From NCBI GenBank assembly GCA_965216565.1, contig OZ244170.1, forward strand, positions 4,544,001 to 4,608,000: a DNA stretch of 64,000 nt, given 5' to 3'. This DNA comes from Bythopirellula sp. Its GTDB lineage: Bacteria > Planctomycetota > Planctomycetia > Pirellulales > Lacipirellulaceae. Position 1 is the stretch's first letter, and each line of letters begins with the position of its first letter. Below, piece after piece: positions 9,880 through 20,213 of the stretch. Under the pieces are notes generated by a model that saw only the letters and a list, made by a program, of their open reading frames with translations, was not told where the DNA came from and ran no database searches. A program made the position numbers and the translations under genes.

Positions 9880-12800
9880 TTGACCACTTTGAAGAGAGGG
9901 GCTCGGCTTACGCTGCGCCAGAAACTGATGGCCGACTGGAAATCACTTCTTACAAATCGATTGCCGAAGGGCAAACGCCGCCAACGCCGCACAGTCACTA
10001 CCTACGCGCGTCGACTTCAAAGTGAATTGCTCGAAGATCGCCGGATGCTGGCCACTATTACGGTGACCAATGCGCTGAACGTTGCCAATGGAGATACCAC
10101 TTCAATAGGCACCCTAATCGGGGCAGACGGTGGCGATGGAATATCACTCCGCGAAGCAATCATTGCTGCCAATAATACGGTGAATGCTCCCATCGGGACT
10201 CCTGACGTAATCAATTTTGCCATCCCAGGCGCAGGGCCGCATGTTATCGACGTCAGCAGTGGTGCCGGTGCATTGCCATCGATTACCGACGCGGTAACGA
10301 TTGACGGCTACTCAGAGAACACTGATGGTGCGGCCTCGGCCAATACGAATTCGATCGCGGGAATAATCAATGCAACGATTCTGATTGTGCTTGATGGAAA
10401 TGGGTTAATCGCCGATGGGCTGCAGATTGCTGCAGGAGGCAGTGGCAGTTCGATTCGAGGCCTGAACATTCGCGAGTTTGATGGCATTGGAATCTCCATT
10501 GTCGACTCCAACAACAACGTCCTCGCCGGCAACTTCATTGGCACAAGTTCAGATGGGAATGCGGCTGCTGGGAACAGCGCGGGTGTGTCGATTACTACCG
10601 ACAGTATGAACAACTCAGTGGGTGGCACTTCCGCAGCCGATCGTAATCTCATTTCCGGGAATAATAGTTCTGGTGTGGCTTTATCTAGTGGTGCCACGGG
10701 AAATACAGTCCTTGGTAACTTCATTGGCATGCAGGCCAATGGTATTACGCCACTCGGTAACGGTGGGAGTGGTGTGTTCGTCAATGATACTGCCAATGGA
10801 AATACGATTGGCGGAACTACAGGGCAATCGCGGAATGTCATTTCTGGAAACAACATAGGTGTAAGGCTCAACACGGTGAGCAACACCATGGTGCAGGGAA
10901 ATTACATTGGAGTTGACCGCACTGGCGGAAACGATGACGGCAATACCAACGACGGTGTCCTCATTGAAGATGGTTCGACTAATAACACGATTGGTGGAAC
11001 GACTTCCGCAGCGCGGAATATCATCTCGGGAAATGATGGGCATGGTGTTTCCATTTTCGGTAATGTCACCGATAGCAATACCGTCTCTGGCAATTATATA
11101 GGTACTAATTCAACCGGCACGGTGGATGTTGGCAACTCTCTTGATGGCGTGAATATCGACGAGTCCGACAATAACACTATCGGCGGTAGTGTAGTGGGCG
11201 CAGGAAATCTCATCTCCGGTAATGACGAAGACGGCGTGCACATTGGAGACGGAGCCTTCATCAACGGTGACGATGCCACGGGCAACAACGTACAGGGCAA
11301 CCTCATCGGCAGTGAAGTAACAGGGATGACCGCCTTGCCCAACTCGCGTTTTGGCGTTTATATCCAAGGTGCGTCTGGCAATACCATTGGCGGTACTACG
11401 GAGAACGAACGCAACATTATTTCTGGCAACGGAGCTGAGGGTGTGCAGATTACTGGTTCTACGGCAACCGGAAATCGAATTCGCGGTAATTTCATTGGGA
11501 CTGACGCGACAGGCGCGGCACCACTGGCGAATGCTTTCGACGGAGTGGAGATCATCGATGGATCGAACAATGAAATTGGGGGTACCGTTCCTGGCGCGGG
11601 CAATGTCATTGCATTCAACACGAATGAGGGCGTCGAAATTGCAGGCACGCCCGCCACAGGCAATGCAATTAGGCAAAACTCGATATTCAACAACGGCACA
11701 GCTGGTGAGCTCGGAATCGATCTCAGTGCCTTGGCGATTGAAGGAGATGGGACGACGGCCAACGATGGGAATGACGTAGATGAAGGTGCCAATCGATTAC
11801 AGAATTTTCCCGTCTTTGTGGGCGATGCGACCCTGTTGGGGAATTCGATTGCTTTTCGATATCGAGTGCCCACTGCTGCAGCGAACGCTACCTATCCGTT
11901 GACGGTGGAATTCTTCGTAGCGGACTCAGCCAATCAAGAAGGTCAATCGTTCTTGGGGAGTGACACCTACACCGCGGCAGAAGCTGGAACATCGAAGATT
12001 GTGGTGATTCCCGCCCCGCCAGTATTAACAAACAATTCTTTCGTCGCCACCGCGACCGATTCTGATGGCAATACCTCAGAATTTTCAGCCCCAGTGCAAA
12101 TCGCCCTACCGAGGATTCTGGGTTCCGAGCCAACCGTTATTCTGCCCGATGAGTTCATCAACATCGATCAGGTGAATCGGTATCAATACATTTCCCACTC
12201 GACTGGCAAGACGGTCTTCCGAATTGATTTTCTGCACTTGTTGGGCGATCTCGCTATAGAAGTGAGAGACGAAGATGGCAATCTGTTGGCTATGTCTGAT
12301 ACTTCGTCACCAGATCAGAATTTTGAAGAACTAATAATCCCCACTGTGGGACAAGAACCCTATTTCATCAATGTCGTTGCCGTCGATTTCAATGACGACA
12401 ATGGTCAAACCTATGCCTTAGAAGTCGAGAACTTCCCCGCCCCAGTACCAACAGGCGTACATCTCGATCCGGCTAGTGATTCGGGCATGATGAACAACGA
12501 TGGCGTGACTAACATCACGACACCTACGTTTTTCATCCAGACAGATGTTCTGAATTTCGTCGATACCAACTTCGATGGATTCTATTCCGATCCCGATTTT
12601 GTCGGTCCCCCTGTCAATCCGTTCGATGCAATCCACGCACTCACTGCTGCCGAAGCGCAGGCGATTGTCGATGGGACACCGGAAGCCGATGATGAGGACG
12701 GCGGCATTGCCGTCGAAGTGACGCTGGTAAACACCACAACGGGCGATGTATTCACTTTCTTCGCCGATCCACTAGTACCGGCGATCCCTGAGGTGTATCA

Positions 12801-15800
12801 GTTAACACTGACAGAAGATTTGGCCGATGGCGTGTACTTGGTTTCTGCTCGCACGAAAGTGTTCGATGGCCAGGGGGATGAAAATGGCGATCCAGATCAG
12901 GCGATGGGACGCAGCAACGCTTCGCCGCCACTGTGGTTTACCATCGATACGGATGGACCGGTGGGCGGAATATTCGACATCCTGGCCTCCAGCGATTCGG
13001 GGATGTTCGACAATGATAATGTGACAAACAAAATGCAGCCAGCATTCATTGGCATAGATGCTGAACCCAATGCAAAAGTGACTGTGATTGCTCAACGCAC
13101 TGACCCTGCGACTGGCGAGCCACTTGATGGAGGAGCCATTGTCGGGACTGGGGTTGTCGACAGCTTTGGCCAATGGGAAGTGACCGTCGAGCCGCTAGTG
13201 GATGGGAAATACAACTTCTTCTATGCTCTCACTGACCTCGCTGGAAATGCCAGCAATCCGCAGGGTACAACGGCGTCAGTAACAAATAACACCAACATAC
13301 AGATTCCTGATGGTGGCGCACCTATCGAATCGACGATCGAGATCTCGCAAGATGATTTTCCTGGGTTGGTGGGAAATCAAGCGATGATTAACCCACTGCT
13401 TGATGTGAATGTGACAATCAACATCGAACATACGGCCACAGTGGACCTGGAGGTCTTTCTGGTTAGTCCCGGCGGTACAGAAATTGAACTGACAACACGC
13501 AACGGAAATTTTGATGATGACTACACAGAGACCACATTCGACGATGTTGCGGCTTTGGGAATTGTCGATGGTACGGCTCCTTTCACAGGACGATTCCGTC
13601 CCGAAGAACTGCTGGAAGGACTAAACGGTCCGTCGCCCTTTGGCACTTGGACACTTCGAGTCCAAGACGTTGAGAACATATTTACTGGAAATCTCCTCGA
13701 TTGGACGCTAGAGATTCACACACCCTTGATGGTTGTGATCGACACCGAAGCACCCAACACGCCGTTTTTGGATTTGGTGTTTGAAGACAAGAACGTCACC
13801 AGCAACAACATGCCAACGGTGTCGATGACGACGACCGATCCTAATATCAATTTGGCGGAGTTCTTGTGGAGCGATAACCTGAAGTTCCGCATTTACGATC
13901 GCTTCGAGAATACGGCAGAATTCTTGCTCTACGATTCGGCGCTAGACGCGGATGTCGATAATGAGAATTTCGCGGGTGATATGTTCACAGCACTCACGCT
14001 GATCGAGGAGATGCTGCCGGAACAGTTTTTTAATCAAGTGGGTACCAACGACGCCGTGATCGAAGTGAACGGCGTTGGAAAACTTGCCGATGGTATGCAC
14101 AACTTGAAGTTGGAAGTGGAAGATCGTGCCGGCAATATCAGCCACGATTTCCTCTTGAAAATCACGGTCGATACGCGTCCTCAGTTGGGCGTGTGGGCGG
14201 CTGGGTCGGTGCAGGTAGGCGGCATCGGCAGGTTGGATGGCCACAAACTTGGCCACGATACGTCCTTCCGCATTGGCACCGACCTGGACTATATCTTCGC
14301 CGGCAAATTCCATTTGCAAGACGTGTATCAGATGGAAGGTGAGAATGGAGAGTTCGTCCAGCATCCCAGTGGGTACGACACCCTGGCTGCCTTTGGCCGC
14401 ATCTATGAGGGCGGATCGTTCCGCTATCGCTGGTTAGTCGACATTAACGGCAACGGCTATATCGACCCGACTACCGAGATCTTCTTCGAGCCCGCCGGTG
14501 CCAACATTACTGGCTATCCTGTTGCGGGCAACTTTGATGGTGACCCGACCAATGGCGACGAGGTAGGGCTCTTTGATGGCCGTTTTTGGTACTTTGACAC
14601 AGATCACGATTTCAACGTTTCAGATGAAACACCGGTCGAAGCGATCAACTACACGGGCTTCCCCATAGCCGGTGACTTTGACGGAGACCAAAACAATGAT
14701 CAAGAGGCACTGGTCAATACCTTCGTCGATGTCGACAACGATGGCGACGATGACGTGGCCACGTACATCGCCACGACCTCGGGCGGAAATCTGTTCTCGG
14801 TCGATATCAATAACGCTGGACCAGGGAACCCGATTGCCATCGATGGAATTGCGGATTACTCATTCCACGTTGGCTCGTCTTTCGCATCGGGAATCGGTTT
14901 TGCTGGTACGCGAGAACGCCCGATTGCTGCGGATTTCAATGGCGATGGGATCGACGACTTCGGCCTCTGGGTGCCTGACGGCATCAATCCTGTTCCTGAT
15001 GAACTGTCCGAGTGGTTTATCCTGGTTTCGGGCGACGATCCTACAACGCCATTTTTTGAAGAAACCAACGTGCTCGAACGTATCCTGAATGGCCCCACAA
15101 ATGGCTTTGTGCCATTTTCGCCCACGATTGGCGATATCTATGCTCAATTTGGCAATACGTTTTCACTACCAGTGGTCGGGCAATTCCTACCGCCGGGGGT
15201 GCTGAATTTCGTGGTCAATGGCATGGTGCCGAACGGACCAGAGATCATCCAAGAAATCGACGAGCCAGCGGGTGGACCTGTCGCGACGGTTCAAGAAGAG
15301 CCACAGACTCCCGAGCAGCCGGAGCAAAGAGATGTTGTCGTCAAGGATGTGGAACGGGAGGAAACACCTGTCGCAGCCGCGGTTGAACTACCGAGCATCA
15401 GCGAGCCGGAGGAGCCCGCCCAAGAGCCTGCCACGCCGCCGGCCACGACAATTCCCGACCCTCGAGTTGCTGCTGCAACTGAAGAGAATCCAGTTGAGAC
15501 CAAGACCGAAGCCACTTCTCTTACACCCACCGGGACAGCCGATCCTGCGGTGATCGTCGCGGAAGTGTCGTCAGAATCACCCGATGCTGGTGGGCGTGTC
15601 GAAGCCTTAGGTGCGGAGGAAACCTCCCGTCAGGCAAACGAATCGAAATCTGCGGAGGACGCTCCGGTTGCCCCCGTGGAGACCACTGCTCAGTCGCGAA
15701 ATCGTTCGCGCAGCCGGTCCAGGTCGCTCTCATTTAGCTTCTTCAGCAAACCAAAGAGAGTCTCGCCGCCGGTTGTAGAGAAAGTCATCGAGATTCCAGT

Positions 15801-16191
15801 GGTGAGGGAAGTCGTCTCGGTCGAAGAGCCAATTGCTGACGTGCCGATTGCAACCGTTGCGGCTGATCCAACTCCAGTTGCCAAAGAGACATCGGCTAAG
15901 ACTGAACCGGCTAATACTTTGCGAGCCGAGCCAGATGTGGCAGCGGTTACCCCTGTGGTCATCGACACGATTAGCATACCGATCGAACGCGTCGACCCGG
16001 TCGAGGCTCCAGCGGTAGTGGATGAGTATCTCGAAAAGCTCAGTGGACTCGAACTTGCCAAGCCCGACCTTCAGCCCGACGAGGAAATAGTACGGGAGCA
16101 GGTGGCCACGCAAGAGGTCGAATCCAAGGTGAAGGCAACCACACGATCTCGAGGTCGTGTGCGCTCGCTGGCCTTTTCCAACTGGTTCTAG
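9880..16191 (+). CDS. Giant secreted/surface protein (beta-helix repeats, Ig-like, proprotein-convertase P-like and FG-GAP-like repeats)
   Basis: Planctomycete ELLEDRRMLA signal motif. Repeated GNxIGT / NTIGGT..RNxISGN units. DSG..DxVTN Ig-like repeats. DVNVTINIEHT..DL..L.SP.GT..GTWTLRVQD P-domain. GDFDGD / ADFNGDG repeats. Exact start uncertain. Confidence 0.85.
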   Translation: MTTLKRGARLTLRQKLMADWKSLLTNRLPKGKRRQRRTVTTYARRLQSELLEDRRMLATITVTNALNVANGDTTSIGTLIGADGGDGISLREAIIAANNTVNAPIGTPDVINFAIPGAGPHVIDVSSGAGALPSITDAVTIDGYSENTDGAASANTNSIAGIINATILIVLDGNGLIADGLQIAAGGSGSSIRGLNIREFDGIGISIVDSNNNVLAGNFIGTSSDGNAAAGNSAGVSITTDSMNNSVGGTSAADRNLISGNNSSGVALSSGATGNTVLGNFIGMQANGITPLGNGGSGVFVNDTANGNTIGGTTGQSRNVISGNNIGVRLNTVSNTMVQGNYIGVDRTGGNDDGNTNDGVLIEDGSTNNTIGGTTSAARNIISGNDGHGVSIFGNVTDSNTVSGNYIGTNSTGTVDVGNSLDGVNIDESDNNTIGGSVVGAGNLISGNDEDGVHIGDGAFINGDDATGNNVQGNLIGSEVTGMTALPNSRFGVYIQGASGNTIGGTTENERNIISGNGAEGVQITGSTATGNRIRGNFIGTDATGAAPLANAFDGVEIIDGSNNEIGGTVPGAGNVIAFNTNEGVEIAGTPATGNAIRQNSIFNNGTAGELGIDLSALAIEGDGTTANDGNDVDEGANRLQNFPVFVGDATLLGNSIAFRYRVPTAAANATYPLTVEFFVADSANQEGQSFLGSDTYTAAEAGTSKIVVIPAPPVLTNNSFVATATDSDGNTSEFSAPVQIALPRILGSEPTVILPDEFINIDQVNRYQYISHSTGKTVFRIDFLHLLGDLAIEVRDEDGNLLAMSDTSSPDQNFEELIIPTVGQEPYFINVVAVDFNDDNGQTYALEVENFPAPVPTGVHLDPASDSGMMNNDGVTNITTPTFFIQTDVLNFVDTNFDGFYSDPDFVGPPVNPFDAIHALTAAEAQAIVDGTPEADDEDGGIAVEVTLVNTTTGDVFTFFADPLVPAIPEVYQLTLTEDLADGVYLVSARTKVFDGQGDENGDPDQAMGRSNASPPLWFTIDTDGPVGGIFDILASSDSGMFDNDNVTNKMQPAFIGIDAEPNAKVTVIAQRTDPATGEPLDGGAIVGTGVVDSFGQWEVTVEPLVDGKYNFFYALTDLAGNASNPQGTTASVTNNTNIQIPDGGAPIESTIEISQDDFPGLVGNQAMINPLLDVNVTINIEHTATVDLEVFLVSPGGTEIELTTRNGNFDDDYTETTFDDVAALGIVDGTAPFTGRFRPEELLEGLNGPSPFGTWTLRVQDVENIFTGNLLDWTLEIHTPLMVVIDTEAPNTPFLDLVFEDKNVTSNNMPTVSMTTTDPNINLAEFLWSDNLKFRIYDRFENTAEFLLYDSALDADVDNENFAGDMFTALTLIEEMLPEQFFNQVGTNDAVIEVNGVGKLADGMHNLKLEVEDRAGNISHDFLLKITVDTRPQLGVWAAGSVQVGGIGRLDGHKLGHDTSFRIGTDLDYIFAGKFHLQDVYQMEGENGEFVQHPSGYDTLAAFGRIYEGGSFRYRWLVDINGNGYIDPTTEIFFEPAGANITGYPVAGNFDGDPTNGDEVGLFDGRFWYFDTDHDFNVSDETPVEAINYTGFPIAGDFDGDQNNDQEALVNTFVDVDNDGDDDVATYIATTSGGNLFSVDINNAGPGNPIAIDGIADYSFHVGSSFASGIGFAGTRERPIAADFNGDGIDDFGLWVPDGINPVPDELSEWFILVSGDDPTTPFFEETNVLERILNGPTNGFVPFSPTIGDIYAQFGNTFSLPVVGQFLPPGVLNFVVNGMVPNGPEIIQEIDEPAGGPVATVQEEPQTPEQPEQRDVVVKDVEREETPVAAAVELPSISEPEEPAQEPATPPATTIPDPRVAAATEENPVETKTEATSLTPTGTADPAVIVAEVSSESPDAGGRVEALGAEETSRQANESKSAEDAPVAPVETTAQSRNRSRSRSRSLSFSFFSKPKRVSPPVVEKVIEIPVVREVVSVEEPIADVPIATVAADPTPVAKETSAKTEPANTLRAEPDVAAVTPVVIDTISIPIERVDPVEAPAVVDEYLEKLSGLELAKPDLQPDEEIVREQVATQEVESKVKATTRSRGRVRSLAFSNWF

Positions 16192-16581
16192 ATAAAGAAA
16201 CCACTAAGCTGCAGTTCTGCAAGCACGTTTCCTACCAGCCAGTTGCCCAGGTGCGCGGCCGTCTCCGTTTGCCAGAGCAACCCTCCACTGGGCAGAATGA
16301 CGAGTGCTACTAGCCAGCCACCGGCGACCAAGGCGGCAAATCGTTTTGATTCTGGCGAGTCGATCGTGGGGTGGGAAACTGAGTTCTCTTGAAGCATGGC
16401 TTGTACCTCAACTTTAGCTAGTTCATGCCGATAGTTCGTGAATCTTCGCCACTCTTTCGAATTGTTACGGACGTGCCCACCGGAAGGTTCGGGCAAGCCA
16501 GTTGAGATTACTGTGCTATCACTGGACCATGCTGCTGGATTCGCAAAACCGTCTAGACCTAGTGAACTCTAAGCGCGAAGT

Positions 16582-17685
16582 TTAGCCAAACATTTGCGAG
16601 AGCTCGCGAAGCGAGTCTATGGCCTCATCAAGTTCCGGGGCTTCAACACCTGCCTTGCGACCAGCCCGATCGCACTGCCCGAGTAGCACTAAATCCTCGA
16701 ACCATTCCGATTCGCGAAGTCGACGCAAGCGGCGGCGACCAATCGTTTGATCGGCGATGTCGTGGGCCAGCATGTGATGTTCAATGAGCCACCCAATTCT
16801 CTCGGTGACGAGACCATCGAGCGCCTCCAATCCTGCTTCAACGTGATTGAGCGAATCGATGCCTTTGCCCACATCGTGCAGCAGTGCGGCAGTCTGGAAC
16901 TCTTCGTCATAGGGCAATTCGTCGCGGGCTAAGTCGAAGACTTGCAAGCTGTGATACAGCGCATCGCCTTCAGGATGATATTTCAACGACTGCTTGACAT
17001 TCTCCAGCGGCAAGAGCAAGGCTTCATACACCTGGAAGCGATCGAATTCTTCTTGCGCCGATTCTAAGGCATCCTCAATATCTACATCGGGATACTCTTT
17101 GGCTAGAACCTGAAGTAGCTCGGCCGCACTCGCTCGTTCGATAGCTTTGCCTGTGATCGAACTCTTAAAGACATAGTGCGCCTGGTTGCTGGGATAGATC
17201 GTTAATTCAAAGGGAAATTCTCCGGCGATATGAATATGATGGTAGACGCGCTGCTCGCCATGTTTACGGACTTCTTTCCGCTGGACATCGTGGTGCCAGC
17301 CTTCGTGGTCGAGGACGTGCGAGACGGCCTCCACGGTGTCGGAAAACACATGCAGATCGATATCCGATCCATGGCGGATATGGCCGGTGAGTACGCTGCC
17401 GATGAGACGCGGACGGAATGGAGACAAAGTACGCATGAGCCCTAAAGCCGCGAGGCGCATACTGAGCAGGTTTTGGCTGCGTTGTTCCCCTTCGTAGAGC
17501 CGCGCGAGTAGTTGAACCTGATCGCGGATCTCGGTGTTGCTGGGTAAATCGCGAGGCTTGGCCCAACCTTGGCAGAGTCGGCGGGCGGCTTTCATCTTGG
17601 CACGGTAGTACTCCGATTCCTGCCGCTGGTACATCAGGCGGGCAGCTTCCCAGGCAATTTGCCGCCGCAGTTTATTAGATTCCAT
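16582..17685 (-). CDS. Nucleotidyltransferase-HD domain fusion protein
   Basis: LIGSVLTG....SDIDLHVF (Pol-beta GS..DxD motif); C-terminal HPEGDALYHS..ALLHDVGK..EHHM..D HD motifs. Start probably ATG 17685. Confidence 0.85.
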   Translation of the reverse strand: MESNKLRRQIAWEAARLMYQRQESEYYRAKMKAARRLCQGWAKPRDLPSNTEIRDQVQLLARLYEGEQRSQNLLSMRLAALGLMRTLSPFRPRLIGSVLTGHIRHGSDIDLHVFSDTVEAVSHVLDHEGWHHDVQRKEVRKHGEQRVYHHIHIAGEFPFELTIYPSNQAHYVFKSSITGKAIERASAAELLQVLAKEYPDVDIEDALESAQEEFDRFQVYEALLLPLENVKQSLKYHPEGDALYHSLQVFDLARDELPYDEEFQTAALLHDVGKGIDSLNHVEAGLEALDGLVTERIGWLIEHHMLAHDIADQTIGRRRLRRLRESEWFEDLVLLGQCDRAGRKAGVEAPELDEAIDSLRELSQMFG

Positions 17686-17813
17686 CAAAGTGCGCTGTAA
17701 GCCCATGTGACCAGCGCGCGGGCATTTGGGGTAGGAGTTCGAGTTGCAGAGAAGCAAATCTCGATAAGTCCATTATAGACGTGTGACGGATTGCTTCCAG
17801 CCAATTCGCCACT

Positions 17814-19007
17814 CTATCGCTGAAAGATCGGCAACAATTGGTTCGGTGCTCCTAACGCCAGCAGAACTAGCGACGTCGTGTAGGCGTTGCCGTATCGGGT
17901 GTCGTAGAAGTGGCTCTCGGGCGACCAACTCCCGTCGGCTTGCTGATTCTCGAGGAGCACGTCGACGACGGGAGGAAAGTACTCCGCCCAGTACCGTCCC
18001 CCCAGTTGGTACATGGCCTGGCTACATTGAAAAACGCTGTAGTGGTAGCGATCATCCACCCAGCCAGCAGTATCGAAGTCTTCGTTGTGGTTGTAAACCT
18101 GGAAATCGTATTTCAAAATCCAGTCGCCCGCTTTTCTAACTTCTGGGTCGTCGTGTTCCCCGGCATGGGCTAAGGCCAAGATTCCGGCCCCTCCCATGCC
18201 CCGACTAAGGCGTTCGTGGCGCGTGGCCATAATCTGGTAGGTGCCATACTCCTTGTGATAGCAGCGTCGTACGTAAGCCACTGCGTCGTCGATCTTCGAT
18301 TGCGGAACATCGAATCCGGCATTCTTGGCGGATCGAAGAGACATGAGAAACCATCCAGTCACTGAGAGGTCGGAGTCGTAGCGTTCCATGCTGTCGCTGG
18401 TGACATTCAAATATCGCCACCCCCCGAGATCTTCTTTGCGCCGCTTTCGAAACTGTTGGATTTCTAGCGTTGTTTCAATCGCTTGAGTAATGACTTTGTC
18501 TAGCTCCTTCGAGTCGATACCACGTCCCGTTGAATAGCACTCGCCGAGAGCAAGCGCAGAGATCGCGTGGTTGTACGAGGCGCTCACTCCAACATCGTGC
18601 TGCACACCTCGGCTCAAATCTGGACGATTGGGGGCCGTGAGCGAGATGAGCCCGTTACGCTTCTGGCAGCTAGAAATGTATCCCACCGCTTTGGAGAGTT
18701 GGTCGCCATAAGGTCCGTCACCCGGCAAATGGCCGTTCGCCATGAAGGCCATCACGCATAGGCTGGTAACCCCTGGTTGTCCCAATGGCGACGTAGGAAA
18801 CGATCCGTCCCGTTGCTGCTGGTTAGCGAGCCATTTGAGTGAACGCTCGACCGCATCGTCCACACGTTGCCACTCGCTATCGCTGAGAACATCTGAACTG
18901 GGCTCAGCCAATTCGGCTCTCTGCGCGGTTGCTAAACTTGTGAACAGCGTGGCCCAAGCGACACAGAGAACTCCGGTGAAGATGGACTTTGCATCAGGTA
19001 AATTCAT
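17814..19007 (-). CDS. Prenyltransferase/squalene-oxidase repeat protein, paralog 3
   Basis: Signal peptide; QW-like repeats QQRDGSF, GGWRY, QQADGSW; SDLSVTGW; ends LLPIFQR. Confidence 0.85.
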   Translation of the reverse strand: MNLPDAKSIFTGVLCVAWATLFTSLATAQRAELAEPSSDVLSDSEWQRVDDAVERSLKWLANQQQRDGSFPTSPLGQPGVTSLCVMAFMANGHLPGDGPYGDQLSKAVGYISSCQKRNGLISLTAPNRPDLSRGVQHDVGVSASYNHAISALALGECYSTGRGIDSKELDKVITQAIETTLEIQQFRKRRKEDLGGWRYLNVTSDSMERYDSDLSVTGWFLMSLRSAKNAGFDVPQSKIDDAVAYVRRCYHKEYGTYQIMATRHERLSRGMGGAGILALAHAGEHDDPEVRKAGDWILKYDFQVYNHNEDFDTAGWVDDRYHYSVFQCSQAMYQLGGRYWAEYFPPVVDVLLENQQADGSWSPESHFYDTRYGNAYTTSLVLLALGAPNQLLPIFQR

Positions 19008-19016
19008 CGGTTGGAC

Positions 19017-20204
19017 CTATCGTTGAAAAATCGGCAGCAACTGATTGGGAGCCCCCAGCGAGAGCACGACTAGCGAGGTAGTGTACGTGCTGCCAAAGGG
19101 TCGATCGTGCCCATGGCTTTCCGGCGCCCAGCTGCCGTCGCGATGTTGATTGGCAACCAGAGTTCTAGCTACGGAAGGAAAGAATTCTTCCCAATAGTGG
19201 CCGCCGAGCTGATACATGGCTTGGCAACAATGAAAAGCACCATAGTGGTAACGGTCGTCCCGCCAGCCTTGCTGACGGACATTGTAATTCCGAAAGTCGT
19301 ACTTCAAGATCCAGTCGCCGGTTTTCAAGACTTCCGGCGCGTCGTGCCGCCCTGCATGAGCCATTGCCAAGATTCCAGCCCCCGCCATCCCTCGACTTAG
19401 CCGCATGTCGTCGTTGGCCATGAGTTGATAGGTCCCGTAACGGTCTCGGAAACAGTTTTCGACATATTCTACTGCATCATCGATCGACTGTTTCGGTACA
19501 TCGAAGCCAGCATTCTTCGCTGAACGAAGCGACATCAAATACCAACCAGTGACCGAGAGATCCGAATCGAGGCCATCATTGAATCGATTCACGTATCGCC
19601 ACCCGCCTTGGTCTTCTCTGCGAGGTTTTCTCCATTTTTGCATTTCTTGGGTGACTTCCAGAGCTTTGGTAATCACCTTCTCCATACGCTTGACGTCCAA
19701 TCCACGGCCCGTGGTAAAGCCTTCGCTCAGAGCGAGCGACGAGATGGCATGGTTGTAGCTAGACTTCCAGCCTATATCATGAGGCACGTTTCGCTGCAGG
19801 GTCGGGCTGTTCGGCGCTATCAGACAGATGATGCCGTTCCTTTTTTGGCAACTCGCTACATAGTTCAACGCGTTTTCTAGCTGCTTCCCATATTCGCCCT
19901 CTCCCGGAAGATGACCGTGAGCCATAAAGGCCATCGCGCACAGTCCTGTTACGGCAGGCTGACCTTGCGGACTGGTAGGAAACGAACCATCGCGTTGCTG
20001 GTTTGTGGCCAACCAGCGGAGTGCTCGTTCAACGGAACTATCAACGCGGTCCCACTCGTCTGCGGTCAAGATATTCATGCTTGGCGTCTGGAGTTCTGGC
20101 TCAGCTGCGCACGCCACTTGCTGCGGTGTAAGGCAAGCAGCGAACCATACCACCCACGAATAGAAAACGCATTTTGCCAAGCAGTGAGGAATCGAAGGGA
20201 ACAA
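19017..20204 (-). CDS. Prenyltransferase/squalene-oxidase repeat protein, paralog 2
   Basis: Same motifs (QQRDGSF, GGWRY, SDLSVTGW, QHRDGSW, LLPIFQR). Confidence 0.85.
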   Translation of the reverse strand: MFPSIPHCLAKCVFYSWVVWFAACLTPQQVACAAEPELQTPSMNILTADEWDRVDSSVERALRWLATNQQRDGSFPTSPQGQPAVTGLCAMAFMAHGHLPGEGEYGKQLENALNYVASCQKRNGIICLIAPNSPTLQRNVPHDIGWKSSYNHAISSLALSEGFTTGRGLDVKRMEKVITKALEVTQEMQKWRKPRREDQGGWRYVNRFNDGLDSDLSVTGWYLMSLRSAKNAGFDVPKQSIDDAVEYVENCFRDRYGTYQLMANDDMRLSRGMAGAGILAMAHAGRHDAPEVLKTGDWILKYDFRNYNVRQQGWRDDRYHYGAFHCCQAMYQLGGHYWEEFFPSVARTLVANQHRDGSWAPESHGHDRPFGSTYTTSLVVLSLGAPNQLLPIFQR

Positions 20205-20213
20205 GACAAAATC

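Noticed and set aside
10300..11700. Repeated GGCAA(C/T)..ATTGG-like DNA units and long antisense ORFs
   Set aside because: Explained by beta-helix amino-acid repeats of the giant protein. The antisense ORFs are shadows of the coding strand.
16188..16496. Small minus-strand ORF with a hydrophobic stretch
   Set aside because: No clear RBS or family motif. It may be real but cannot be supported.
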